Part shown: piece after piece, positions 25,501-38,630 of the stretch
How positions within the stretch are numbered: the stretch's first letter is position 1
Layout of the letters: the number at the start of each line of letters is the position of its first letter
Program-made: the position numbers and the translations under genes
Notes under the pieces: model-generated
Database searches by the model: none
The model's input: the letters and a program-made list of their open reading frames with translations, nothing else
What the model was told of the DNA's origin: nothing
NCBI GenBank assembly: GCA_001179505.1
Contig: CDMY01000791.1
Coordinates: 186,001-250,000, forward strand
Length of the DNA: 64,000 nt
DNA from: Vitrella brassicaformis CCMP3155
Lineage: Eukaryota; Protista; Chromerida
Direction of reading: 5' to 3'

Positions 25501-27429
25501 TCTGAGAGGGCGCTCTGGATCTCGGGCAGCGCCATGGCGAGCCAGAGCAGCAGGGCCAGGAAGTCGTGGAGGGTCGTGTACTTGGGGTCACGCAGCAGAC
25601 GCCGGAACTGCACCATCCCGCCGTCGTTACGGAAGAACACCAACAGACTCGTCGGACCTGCCAACCAAAAAAAGGCCGGCATGGCCTGCTGTGAGAATGA
25701 ATGTGTGTGTGCTCACTGTGTTCGACGAGGGACAGGCAGAAGAAGTGGGCTGACGACACGAGGGCTGCCGGGGGCTCACCGTCTGCACACGGAGAGTGTC
25801 TACCAGGAATTCTGCTGCCCATTATCATAGCTCTGCCTCTGTGAGCGCTGACCTCCGATGTTTTTCTCGAGTATTGAGATGACGACTGACAGGGCACTGA
25901 ACTCAATCAGCAGCTGACGGCTACCTGATACCCGACAGCGTACACATGAATGGAATGCACATGGTGCCGTCCCCCGTGTCTGTGGTGATCTATCGGAGCG
26001 GACCTTCTTTGGAGAGGAGCTGCTTTAAAATGGTGCACAGTCGAGTGTGGAGATCACTGTTGTTGGTGTCCCCCTGCACACAGACAAACAGCACAGAGAA
26101 AGGAGGTGACGCTGATGGCCGTTGCCGGCATGGTTGCATGTCTTTGCTTGACTGACCAGGTCGAGCAGTGCGCTAAGGACAGAGGGGTGACAAATACGAA
26201 ACAGATTCACTTCGTTGGCCGCCAAACTGAAGTAACAAACCCATGGCATGTTCACATCGCCTGCCCCGCTCTGTGTGCGTGCGCGTGTCTACCGCTGCAG
26301 ATGTGAGACGAGCGTGACGGTGCCATCGGGCTCGCGACAGCACTGTGACCAACAAGCAGCGACGTGGCTGTGTCTTGTGTGTGTCGGTCATGTCTGTGCG
26401 TGTTTGTTACCAGGAATCTAGCGACGACCACTGTGGCCTCCTCTGCGTCAAGAAAGGTCCATATGTTGCCGTCGTTGATCACCGCATCAATCTTGAGCAA
26501 ACTCTGACCGATCAGCCAGCACAGCAAAAGCGACACAGACACCCAGCCGGTGACCCCACCCCCTCTGCACCACATTCATTCGTCTCTGCAGTGGCTACCT
26601 GGAGGTATTGTTCGAGTGCCTGCCTCCGCCGCTCCACAAAGGTCAGATCCAGATTGCCAAACAGCTTCTTGGCAGGCAACTGATCAACACAACACAGACA
26701 GCATCATGCCGTCAGTCATTGCGTGTGGAAGAGGGAGCATCTCTCTCTCTCTGTGTGTGTGTGTGTGTGGACCTCTGGGAGTCCCTCGATACCAAGACGG
26801 CGCAACTGGACACAACACACGCATGAGCCAAATGAAGCAACCACTCCCTATTTGCCCTCGTGCTGAGCTGCTCCTCCCCCTCCCTGCCATACCCGTGCAT
26901 GTAAGTCGGCGAAGTTCTTGAATCGGCGTGTGGCCGTCGTCACCTTGCCGCAATCTTCAAGCTCGATGATGTAGTCCTGTCGACACGCACAGGCGCACAC
27001 GAAATCCCTCAACAGCGTGGCCACATGCACCTAGATGTGCGCACGCACCGTGTGTTTGGCTCCAAACGTGTTGCTGACGCAGCTGGTTCGCGGGATCCTC
27101 GTCGATATGGGCTGGTCATCCGCACTTCGCCTGACGACGCTTGACGCTCCTCCCGCCTCATGACCTGCGACGGGCGTCTGTTGATCGTACTCAGACATGG
27201 CCACAAGATAAGATTGGTGCACTGGCCGACTCAAATCGCTAAGTGGTAGGTCACTCAGAGAATCAGCGTCGAGGTTGGTTGGCCCTCTCCCGGCTCTGCG
27301 AACAGTTTCACGCAATGGTGCGGCGAGCTCGTCTTTGTCGAGCGAGGACGTGTGGCTTGCAGAGGGCCGTGCCTGCGGGTCTTGCTCACCCGGCTCGTTC
27401 GGCACTTCACGTAGCTTCGTTTGCACCAT
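22533..27429 (-). CDS. PX-domain protein with helical (ARM-like) middle region and long C-terminal coiled coil
   Basis: Exons DYIIELEDCGKVTTATRRFKNFADLH and LPAKKLFGNLDLTFVERRRQALEQYLQ are PX-domain hallmarks; long exon to about 23866 followed by heptad-rich exons; stop 22533-22535. Confidence 0.75.
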
Positions 27430-27595
27430 CTCGTGGCGACAACCGAGTGTCGCGCGCTGCCCTTGGCATCATCCGCAGGCACAACCCATCACAGGTGAGA
27501 AGCAATGTCAGACGAGTGACCTCCAGGCCGTCAACATGCCCTCCCTGTCGTTTGTGTGCCATTCAGGTCATAGTGCTGACCGCTCTCGAAAGAGC

Positions 27596-27794
27596 ATGTC
27601 GGACGCGGCGTCTGCATCGGCTGACGGCGGTATTGATACACAGGTGGGCCACCCTGTGTATCATGCACACGGCAGTGTCCAATTCTCTCCGCTGTCGGAA
27701 TATTCCAGGATTGGCTCTACATCCAGGATTGCCCCGCCGGGCTCTGTGCGTTTCCGACAACCAACGACTTGAAGTTCCCGCCGCAGGTGCGCGC

Positions 27795-27839
<45 letters not shown>

Positions 27840-29416
27840 CAGACAGACAGACAAGCCACACATGAGGGATAGTTTCTGGCGGGCATACCAGCGCATGTCG
27901 TGATTTGTCGTTTCGATCAGGAGGAGATGTATTTCGCGGGTGATGACCACAACGAGTACGTCCCTCTGCGTGCTGGGGACATCCTCCTCCTCGACCGCAA
28001 GATCGGCTGTCTCTCGTACCTCAACAGAGTCCCGGAGGGCTACGACGCCCCCACGCAGCCCCAGGGCCTCCACTCTGCCAGAGGCAAGCCCATCCCCTGC
28101 GTCCGCTTGCGCCCCCCCGGCTGGCCTCCGGGTGACTCTGCCTGGACCAAGAAGATCGTGATAGACCCGCAGGAGCTGCGCGGCCCTTCGGCCATCCCCG
28201 GCCGCGCACCCACCCTCAACGAGCTCCCAGACGTGAACAGGATGCTCGGCGATGCACTGGAGCACGCAGTAGGTGGGGCGCTGCGGTCAGCGTTCAGCCA
28301 CGAGCAGCTGACGGACATCGCTCTGCTGGTGTGTGCCCGCGATACGGTGGTGAAGGCCCACGCCATCCTGACCGCCGAGGTGCCCCCCATCTCTCCGCCC
28401 ACCCTGCTACCCGATGGACATATATCTGATTTTTTTGACTCGAGCATGAGGCTGACCAGGGTAGGTTTCCAGTGGGTCCACACCGCAGCCGACGGCCAGG
28501 AGCAAGTGGTGGAGTCTTTCCCGTTCCGAATGACGAAGGTGGAGGCCAGCAACATGAACGCATCCCTCACGGCCGCCCTCATCACCCACACGCCCCCGCC
28601 CCCCACACCCAGCACATCCGTCACCCCGCGCACCATCAAGCTGCCCATCCCCTGCATCACATTCACCACGTCGACGGCCAAGCGGGCGACCAACACGACA
28701 GGGAGATCCGCGCACCTCACACCGACCACCCCTCATTCGACGGGTCCAAGTGGGCAGTGGGAGGCGGATATGCTGTCGGCCCGTCTTGCTCCGTGGCGCC
28801 GGAGGCCCTTCTCCTGCGCCACATAGCCCCCGCTGACCCAGCCACCAACAACCAGCGGCTCAACAGGTGGGGATTCGCGGGCTTCTGCGGGGGCAGCTCC
28901 GTCTACGCTGTCGCTCTCGCCCTCCCTGCGTTGCTCGTGGGGGCGCATCAGCAGTACAAGCAGCGCTCGCCAAGGGTCCGCTGGGCTCGCGAGCCATCCA
29001 ACACGCCGTCGTCGTCGAATGCTGGGGAGGCACAGAGGCAGGATGTGGGCGGCGTGGTGGCGCGCATCGCTGCGTGCTACGACCTGGTGGATGGAGATTG
29101 CCAGGATGATGGCGATAGCGACGAGAGCGACGGAGAGGATGGTGACGAGCCGGATGGGCCGGACGCACAGGGAGGAGGGCAGCCCAACGGAGATGGGACG
29201 GTGTTTGAGGCCATCGTGCGGTGCGTCAACGAGACCAGGGCGGCCTTTCGGCGGGCCGCCGAGGGCAAGTCCGTCGCCATTCGCGAGACCGTCGAGAGCA
29301 TCTGCAAGAACCTGCTGTGTCTGCGCCCCGAGGACCGACCAGTGGACAAGCTGCTGCTGGTCAAGACGGACATAGACCAGAGTTTGCAGACTCACTACAG
29401 CGTCACTCTTCGCTAG
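27596..29416 (+). pseudogene. Lineage-specific family member with a frameshift near 28660 (pseudogene or sequence error); start approximate
   Basis: Homology to 39660-39850 (EQL.DIA..VC..D...KA..ILTA..P) and to 54700-55560 (WGF.G.CG.S.VY, LRPEDR) continues across a switch between ORFs 27900-28826 and 28472-29416. Confidence 0.55.
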
Positions 29417-29770
29417 AGATAGACGGATGTGTACATCGATGCACACAGGGAGATGTGTCGGTGCTCTGGGGGTGGGGCTGCCTGTGGCTGTGGCTCTGTG
29501 CATGTGTGTACAGGGGCTGGCTGGCTGCCTGGCTGGCTCATTGATGGTAGTTTGGCTGGAACGAATGGCCGCGTGTTCATATGTGGTCTGTACCACTCGA
29601 TGTTGACTGAATGCGGACTCGTGGATGGGTCAATCTTTCATGGGTCCATCGCGGGAACATCACTTGAATCAATCACTGTCTGTATGTACTCACACGTCGG
29701 CCCTCACTCACAACTCCCCACCAAAGCTAACTCAGCACTCAGCACTCCGCGGCTGTCACCGAATGCACTC

Positions 29771-30415
29771 TCACCGAAGAGCTACGTCCTGCACAAATAC
29801 ACATACACAGCACGCGGATGACATCAGCGAATAGATACCCCGCGTGTATCCATACCACCACTCGGCGAGTTGGAGTGATTCGAATCTTGCCGGGAAGCCC
29901 GAGACTGTGCCGACCTGACCCAGCTGAAACGCCACGTGTGCCCCAGCTAGATGGTCGATCGTCAGGCCGTGTTCCGCCGCCTCCTCCCGCCTGGCCTTCT
30001 CGATGACGTCTCGCAGACCCACACGCTGGCCTCCCACGCCACCGATGACGAAGCACTTGCACTGGTCGAGCTGCTGCTGGAGACTCCACCCGTTCTGCGC
30101 ATTGCCGCCACTCCCCTGCCCGCCAGTCTGCTGCACCACTGCTCGATTCGTCGCCACGAAACGAACGAATTTGTCGATTGCCTTCTGCACACGACGGCCG
30201 AACAGTGTCCGTGTTGTGAATGGGAGATGGGCGGGGGGGATGTCGACCAGAAAGTGGCCGATGAGTGATTCCACGCTGATCAAGATGTCGAGGGTGCTTG
30301 CGGGCTGGTTGGTGGCCTGGGTGTTGGTCTGGGTGTTGGTCCGTATGGCCATGTGGAAGGCAGCCACGGAGCCGAGCGATGCCTCAATCAGGCTCTCAGC
30401 ACGGGTGAGCACCTG
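29771..30415 (-). pseudogene. Orphan C-terminal exon of the ankyrin-like lineage-specific family
   Basis: FGRR, FVIGGVGGQR..LRDVIEKARREEAAEHGLTID match 63650-63960; begins at an AG acceptor with no recognisable upstream exon. Confidence 0.5.
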
Positions 30416-30993
30416 ATGGCACAGACACGAGATAATCATGGCCGGACATGCAGGTAGGAGTGAGATGCATGGGTGTCTCCTCAGGGCTACGCCTGTCTAT
30501 ATTTTGTATTAGGTCCACTCCTTCCTTAACTTACGCGCACCCCTCTCGCCGAGGTGTCGGCGAGAATGGGCGGGTTTGTAAGTATGATGGGCCACCGGAA
30601 AATGACTGAGGAGACACGATGACGCTCACTGCCTTGCTTCCCGCTTCTTTTATGCAGGCAATCGCTGACTACATTTTATATCAGTAGAGATGTACTTCCG
30701 GGGTACGCGCTACCATGTCTGCCAAGCGGTAAACGCAGGCCACGAATGCCCTGATCTGGGATGGTACCAGACGTGCTTCTCAGACGCGGACAAGACCATG
30801 ACGGCACCCAGGCGCCTTCGGTGATAAAGACTGGATAGCCCTTTTTATCGAGTACCCTTCCTTCGTGGCGCCGCGCCAGATCATGCCAGCCAACGAGCAG
30901 CCCTTCCCCATCAGCCGTACCCTCACACCCCATATTCGACAAAACACCGATGCCGTGAAGCGCTCATCGTCGGAAGATAGAACAAACACCACG

Positions 30994-31851
30994 ATGGAAG
31001 CAGGTGACACACACAAACACAAGGCAGCGAGCGGGAGGCGCCATCAACAGTGATTGTTCTCCGTGTGGCAGTTGAGTGTGATGCTGGTGGCAATGGTGGC
31101 AGTGGATCATCTGCGACTCGTGTGCCCGGCAGTGCCACTAGTGCCGCGAATCAGCAGGTCAGCATCAGCCTTCACCAGTTGCATTTCGTTGCAGCGACGT
31201 GTAGCCTGTGTGATGCAGGCTGTCAGTGATAGTCGCTTTCATCGCATGCGGGAGCAGTTGGATCTCATGCGCGACATCGCCGACACACTACAGACACAGG
31301 TACGTGTTGTACAGACATTATGTAGCCCTGGTTGCTTCCATGGGCAAGTTAACTGCCGCCTCTGTTGGCTGTGTTTCGTGTCAGTGCGTGGACCTGTCGA
31401 CAGCACAAGAGGACGTGTCTGAGCGGCTGTCTGATCGGCTGATGCGCATTGAGTCGGACCTCCACCACATGGAACAGATCCTCGAGAGCTCACAGGTGCG
31501 CATATCGATGGGTGCGGGATGTGAGTGCACTTTCGTGAGCTCGCGTGGTGTGCCGTTAGGTTGGTGTTGGCGGGGCGATGGCTGTAGACGAAGAGGCAAG
31601 TGAAGGACCTGACAACTCCAAATCGGACAAGGCTGTGCGAGTGGACGGTACTTGAAGAGGAAACGGGAGAGAGACCGTCATTGACGGCTGGCAATCCCTT
31701 CCATGTGTGAATGCAGCTACTTGCAGCCGTGAGGGAGAATGATTCCCCTGCTTCTGCGGCTGCTAGTGCTAGCAGTAGCGCTGCTGCTGCTGGTGGTCGT
31801 GATACGGAGCGACACAAGGATGAAACAGCGACCCGCCACATGCGCCAAGAG

Positions 31852-31897
<46 letters not shown>

Positions 31898-33280
31898 CTG
31901 CGTGTGTGCAGGTGGTGTGTCGGAGGACTTTGAGCAAGGAGAGAGCAAAGGCCAGCAACAGCTTCAGGAGGTCAGTGTGTGAATGCACTGCCAGACATGG
32001 CTCCCGGGATTCATTGCTCTCACTCCCCTTGTCCGTCTGTCTGTCTGTCTGTCTGTCAGGGTGTCGGCCCGCTGGGTGTCGGCAGTCTGACGAGTGAGGC
32101 GCTGTGCGAGGCGACGTCATCAGGCTTCTTCCTCACCAAGATGAGCTCACTGCCGCCCGGCGGGATCGACAAGGGGCCGGCGGAGATGACAGAGGGCAAC
32201 CACCACAACACGATCATCGCACCCCGTGCTCTCGACCAAAGCGCCAGCCACAGCAGAGGCCGCTCGTCATCCCTTCCGCCTCGAGTGGTGCCCCCGTCGC
32301 TGCATGATGATGCCTCACCATCTTGCCAGCGCAGCTCCGGCGGACAGGTGAAGCACGGTCAAGCAGCCCCTTGGTGGCAGCATGCAGTGTCCATATCTTT
32401 CTCCCCCGGTCTAACAGGTTCGCATAGGGGATTTCGAGTTTCTGCACCAGCTGCTTGTGCAGGTGTGGCGATGGATGGGAGGCAACACCGTGCATGAGTG
32501 TTGTTCATTCCCTCTCTTGTGTGTTCCGTGCCTTCAGAACCACGCGGTAGCTTGTATGGACGCCTCTCAGCTGCCCAACCAGGTCAGTCGGCGTCCCGTC
32601 CCCACAGCCACGGTGGTCGTCCACAGGTCAGGCTGCGGTGCATGTGTGTTGTATGTGTGCTGGTGCAGAGTCCCATGACGCTGAGGACCACGCGTCGGTG
32701 AAAAGAGCCCTGCAGGCAGCGAGGGACGCCCTGTGGACGGGCTTCGGGAGCCTTCAGAACATCAGATACCAGGCAGGCACCTTGGCACGCACAACGACAC
32801 ACACTGCTATACATTGTATCCCTGCGGCACGTCTGTGGTGTGGCATGTGTGGTGTGTGCAGCATGACCCACAGCTCGAGGGCAACGAGTTCCACCTGCAC
32901 GAGAGGGGCAGCATGTCAACTTGCAACGAGGGACCGGTAGGTAACCACCAACGCACAGAGAGGAGCGTATCTGCACTGTCGCGCCGCACTCCGTACCTAT
33001 CTGTATGTCGATGGATCACCAGGCTCAATTCCGCGTGTCATCGCTCGAGCTCGCCCACGTCATGAGCTTGTTGCCTCCGTGGGACCTCGGCCGCCGTCTC
33101 CTCAGCAAGGACCTCTCCTCGCAGTCACTCCCCCGCTGCGGACGCTATGTCATCGACTGCAGTGACCCGGCAATGCGGTCTACGTGGGAGCGCATGCCGT
33201 CGGACGTGGCCCGCAAGCTGGGGCGGCGGCTGGTCAATCTCACATGTGGGTGCGCCTCGTTGAGGGTCACATGAAGGGCC
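30994..33280 (+). pseudogene. Degenerate multi-exon gene with F-box-like motif (lineage-expanded family)
   Basis: Exons MREQLDLMRDIADTLQTQ, ERLSDRLMRIES, HDPQLEGNEFHL, SSLELAHVMSLLPPWDL...RKLGRRLVNL; paralogous to 33700-34400 and 44600-45228; truncated after NLT. Confidence 0.4.
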
Positions 33281-33699
33281 GTAAGGAACAGGCGAGAGAG
33301 GAGGGACAGCGGCAGCCCAGCAGCAGAGGTGCACCCACAACACGTACTAATGTCGGGTTCGGGCACGTCTCAGGATGACGACACCACTGACCAGGTGAAG
33401 CACCAAAGGCTTTCTGACGGCCATGGCCATCTCTTCCTTCTCTCTAATTCATCCAGAGACCCGCAGTGCATCTCGACGAAGTCCATCTCCGGCCATCGCA
33501 GGTACTGATCAGTCACGCTATGCACACTGGTGAATCTGAGCCTGCCCGGCTGCGTCTGTCAGAACAACGATGATGAGTACAGAGCGCCGAAGACGGATCC
33601 CTCAAAGGTCGACGACACATCGCGGCCAGCTGGGAGCTCGTAAGCATCGACGCTCGGTCTCACGTGTGTGTGTGTGCGTACCTGTGTGTGTGTGTTTGT

Positions 33700-34611
33700 A
33701 GCTCATCGAGCGATGCAGTGAGCGCACGGCTGCCATCTGACGCCCGTGTCGGCATCCCGCCTGCGACGGAGAAGGACAGCCCGTTGGTGAATCCTGGAGA
33801 GATGCAGACCATCAGATATCAGGTATGAGATACCCTTACCCAGCGGCGCATCGACATACATATGTATGTATGTGTGTGGTGCTGTGTGTGGTGTGCGCAG
33901 CACGACCCGCGGATTGAGGGCACCTTGTTCCATCTGGACGAGAGGGGCAACAAACCACCTCGCAACGACGGACCGGTGGGCTACCGACACACACACAGGG
34001 GAACATCGATATTGTGCCTCACACCCATGCGGCTGCGTGCGTCTGTGTGTGCGTGGATTGGTTGTCAGGCTGCGTCTCGCCTGTCGCCTCTGGATCTGGG
34101 CAACATCATCAGCTTCTCGCAGCCGTGGGACCTCTCCCAGCTGTGCTTCAGCACAGACATCGCCAGCCAGGCGCCCATACACCAATGCGCATACCTCGCC
34201 ATCGACTGGAGGGACGCGTCCACGCGAGATATGTGCCAGCGGATACCCATCCCTGCGGCCCGCCGGCTGGGGCGGCGGCTGATCAACCTCGAGACGCTGG
34301 TGGTGCGCTACCCCATTGGCAGCCCCCTCTGGTGCTTCGACGTGTGGGTCAGTATCGTTGAGGGCCACTTGGAGGGGCACGACGCACTAGCGAGAAAGGA
34401 TAATGGCGCACCACGCGCGAGGGACGATGCTTCATCGGCGCGCTTTGGGTGTATCTTTGTGTGTGTGTGTCTGTGTCTGTTTGCAGGTTGTCGACTGATG
34501 CCCAGGTTGGCCATGATACTCAACCAGTCGAGGAAGCCACTTGGAGTAGACCCATACGCCTCAGAAGGTCAGTGGTGGGAGCGGGAAAGCGTCACGGGAC
34601 CGTTCCCTTAA
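33700..34611 (+). pseudogene. Tandem paralog fragment of the F-box-like family
   Basis: HDPRIEGTLFHL, RLSPLDLGNIISFSQPWDL...AARRLGRRLINLETL align with 32860-33250. Confidence 0.45.
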
Positions 34612-36415
34612 CACTATCTTCCTTCAACAGATTATCGGTGCCTACATTTTATATTCGTTGAGCTTTTTCTTCCTTGAGACCTGCACTGAGTTGCCCGCAG
34701 CTCTTCCCCCATCCGGACTCTCTGTCCTTCGGCATGAACGGACATTCAGTCTTTGCCACCTGCCCATTCGTAGGGCCCTTGTTGGTTGCAGGCACTCCAC
34801 CAGTTGCTCCAGCAGGTGAGCAGGCAGAACGACTGCGACGATTCTAAACTTGTGATCGCAATGCCGTGCTGTTGCTGGTCTACACTGCCTCTTTGTCAAC
34901 AGCTGGGTACAGTGGCGCGCCTGAACTCCTCGCAACTCGCCGACAAGGTCGCTGGCAGAAAGTCCATGCTCGTGACACAATCACGTTATACTCTGTGTGT
35001 GTGGTATGTGTTTGGTGGCGTAGTCTCCCGAGACACTGGAGCGGAGCGCCCACCAGCGGCTGAGAGACCGCTTCAGGACCGTGGCAAGTATCCTGTTGGG
35101 CTCTGCTCCCGACCTGCAGACTTACAGCACCACATGCACAGACGTCAACAGTCAGCCACCGAGCACACACACGGTGGGCATGGATTAATTCAATGCTTGC
35201 TCTGTGTGCGCGGCTCATCGGGTACTGAGATGGATTCCCGGCGTTCTCAAGCTCCTCAGGCAGCTGACACGCGTCGACCAGATCAGCCACTTGAGACCAG
35301 CCTGTCATCCCGGGGCGGTGTCGAGGACACGTCCAAACAGCATGGTGCGCGCTGCATGGGAGGGTCCCTGCCGCATGAGATTGGCCACACCCCGCATCTC
35401 TGACCAGATGGAGTCAAGCCAGCTTACGACCGGCTTTTCTTCCCGCTCCAATCCCCTGCTGCTGCTGCTGCTGCTGTTGTTAATGACGATGCGTCTCGTC
35501 GTGGTGTTCCTCATGAGTCAGTCTCCCCACTAGTGCCTCATGAGGTCTCTTCCCATCGCTGGTGCGTCGATGCCGGCTGCCGGCAGTGGAAGCTGCAGCA
35601 ATAGTGGAGGCCAAGACGTGCACGGCCCCGCCACCGGCCCCTCGCACGACAACCCTTCCCTGTTTTTCCCGCCAGCCTTATCTTCAGCCGGTATGCGTCT
35701 AGCGAAGATATTGAGCTGCTCGGTGCTGGCCGGCCTGCGAGGAGGCATTTCCACTTGGAGTAGACCCACACGCCTCAAAAGGCCAGTGGCTGGAGCGGGG
35801 AGGCGTCACGGGACCGTTCATTCCACTGTGAGGCATCTGCTCTCTTCTTTGAATTGGCTGATGGATCCTTATCGGTCCCCTGTCCGACCGACTCGACCAG
35901 GTGAGTCAGCACAGCCCCAGCAATAGGCGTGGCAGGGTGGTCACATAAATGGGGTACCTCTTTGTTTTGTGCTGTGGCGTCCTTCAGTCGGCCGTGGTTT
36001 GATCTCACCCACTGGCCGGTCTCCCCAGCACAGGCCGCAGTATGATGCCCAGTGGCGGCCGCCCCCGGACTTGATGGCAGTTCGCCCACCACATGCTGCT
36101 GCGCCACACGGCCCTCTACCACATCCAGTGTTTCACACCTGTCGCGTGAGCCCTCCAAGTATCGCGGATTCAGGCACCGATCAATGCGCTTGTTTCTTGT
36201 CACAGGCACCGGAAGCACTAGCAGCAGCAGCCGGACGGCCCATTGTCGCCTTCCCTCTGTCGCCACGGAGCCAAACGTGACCACCCCTATCACCACGTGC
36301 CCGCATCGTGGTTGTGTATGCACCTGCCCAGCTCCCGGCCACGGTCGCCCACCCCCCAGCCAATGCCGTCGTCAGGTGACCCACCGTCACAGCCACTGCT
36401 TAGAGTGGCAGTGAT

Positions 36416-37414
36416 ATGCATGGACTGATGTGCGTGTGTATCGACGCAGGCGACTCATGCGCCCATGTCAAGGAAAAGGTTTCTGTCAAGGAGAAGGTCT
36501 TCTCTGGGTCAACTGATCGAGGCGTCATGAACCGCCATCCTTCGAGCGTCGGCGAACTACGCATGAAGTCCATGGAACCGGTAATCTCACTGCATTGGCA
36601 TCCAGGCATCCATCGACGGACGTTGATTGCACCATTCCGTGTGCAGATGGAGAAGACTATAGCTGCGTCTACCGAGCCAGCTGCCTCGAAGCCGGGTATT
36701 ACGGGCGAGTCATATGCAGCGCGGTGCGTGGAGCACGTCGTGGAGCTCTTCACCCACTATTATGCTTGGTACTGGACCCAGCAATGGGCCTCGCCCATCC
36801 CTCCCGTTGGCGGTGCTTGTGATGGTGTGGGTACAATGCCGATTGAGCCCGGCTTTGGGCCGCAGATCCAGAGGACCTTCTGCCTGCAGCCGTCCGTCAG
36901 TCTAAGGCCCAATGGACGGCATATCATCAGGCGCCATATGAGGGGCAGGAAGAGGGAGACGATAACGAGGATGAGGCCGCGGACGGGAAAGAAGAGGTAG
37001 GGAGCATAGCATTCAAACGTGCCCTTGCCTCTCTTCTCCTTTGTGCAGGACCCAGTACATGACGAGTGCCTTGCGGGGCAGCCGGTGGACGACAGGCCAT
37101 CACGTGACGCATTCATTGCCTTCCACATAAGAGGCAGCGGTGTGGAACAGCAGCTCCCTGAGAAGCTGATATATCTGGCGGGCAGCAAGCTGCCGTGCGG
37201 CGAGGTGCTGGTGGGAAGACGGGACGAAGCAAGCACTCGTGACATCCACGAGGACGCCTGTCACCTTCGTGCGGCTGGATTCGTCAAGTTCGTGCAGGCA
37301 ATGAAGATCCACCTGTTCAAGCACCTGATAAAGAATGTCTCCATCAAGGTAGCGCTGAGCGAAAGAAAGAGATGCCGCATCTCTTCGAATCCTGTCTCCC
37401 TGCGACATCGGTAA
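36416..37414 (+). pseudogene. Fragmented ORFs of lineage-specific family modules
   Basis: ORFs 36416-37000 and 37019-37414; 36885-37050 is nearly identical in DNA to 39930-40095. Confidence 0.35.
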
Positions 37415-37649
37415 GAGAGAAGTGCCATGTGCCCTCCCTGCTGTCTGTCTCAGATATACGGCTGTCTACATTTTGTATTGGTCGAGATATTTGCCGAAGA
37501 ACCACGATCCAGCCCTGGCGCATTGGACGGAGCACCGCACCTTCGGCGGTGCTCGAAGAGACGCACCCCGAGTCGGCCAATTCTTTCTCGACAACAACGA
37601 AGTGGCGCTCATCGACAACAAGGACATGGCCACTGTTTTACAGCAAGCA

Positions 37650-38630
37650 TCACGACGCTGACGAGCTCATGAAGGCGGGGGCGCGACCTGCTCGGTGGGA
37701 CCTCGACAAGGTGGCCGGGTACGGTGACATGAGGCTCTGGCATATGTTGGCGTTCACGCGCACTTCGCCCCCGGGCAGTGCACGAGCTGCCTCGCGTCCG
37801 CCATCAAAACTGGCGCAGTCAGCATGACGCGTGAGCTGATGCTCAACAGAGACGCGATGTCCGTCGCCGCCGAAGCCCTCTGCGTGGCCCTGGAAGCCCT
37901 CTGCGTGGCCCTGGAAGACGAGCTGGACGACGAGCTGGCCTCGAGCAGGCATCGTTGGAGGAGCGGCAGCGGCTGTGCAGCCCCCTCCAAGCCAGCCGTC
38001 ACTGAGCAGCCGCGCCGCAGCCAGGCAACTGTGGCGGCTGCCCGTGCCGGTGAGTCGAAGCGAGAGGCACCGGCCGCAGAAGGAGCGTCGTCAGCCCCAG
38101 CCCCAGCAGCGGCCACACCACCCAAGCTCTTTCTCCCTCCAGCAGGCCCCTTGGAGGGAATTGGCCGACTGATAGATATGCTCGAGAGCGCCATCAGCCA
38201 GGTCCCACAAAGTTCCTTCGGCGGCATTGCTTCAGTGGAGTGGGGGCGGGGAGGGCTCATGCCAGCGTCGGGTGTTTCGGCTCATCCGGCTGCTGTATGT
38301 GCTCGACATGGATGGCGACTGGGCGGGCAGTGCGGAGCTGATCCGATTGGCAAGCCACTATCGCCGGATCGAGGGGCCGCTGCCCATGCAGCTGACGGCG
38401 GCGGATGTGCAGCACGCGGGCAGGAAGGCGAGAGTCGACAGGCGCCCGGCGAGCATGCGCCAGTACTTTCCCTTGGGCCACCGGCTGGGGACGGGCATGA
38501 CGCTGACACGTGGGGGGCGGGGCAGAGACAAGCTGGGCGACGGCATTCTGGTGGTGCACACTCGCGAGACGGTGCCCGATGCATACAAGGATGGATTCGA
38601 TGACGACGACCCTGTGTGTGGCATCACTCA
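37650..38630 (+). pseudogene. Chimeric ORF region built from several family modules
   Basis: 37650-37975 is about the same as 41220-41530; 37980-38110 resembles 55550-55720 (inverted); 38160-38190 equals 39675-39700; followed by RLIRLLYVLDMDGDW module in another frame. Confidence 0.4.
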
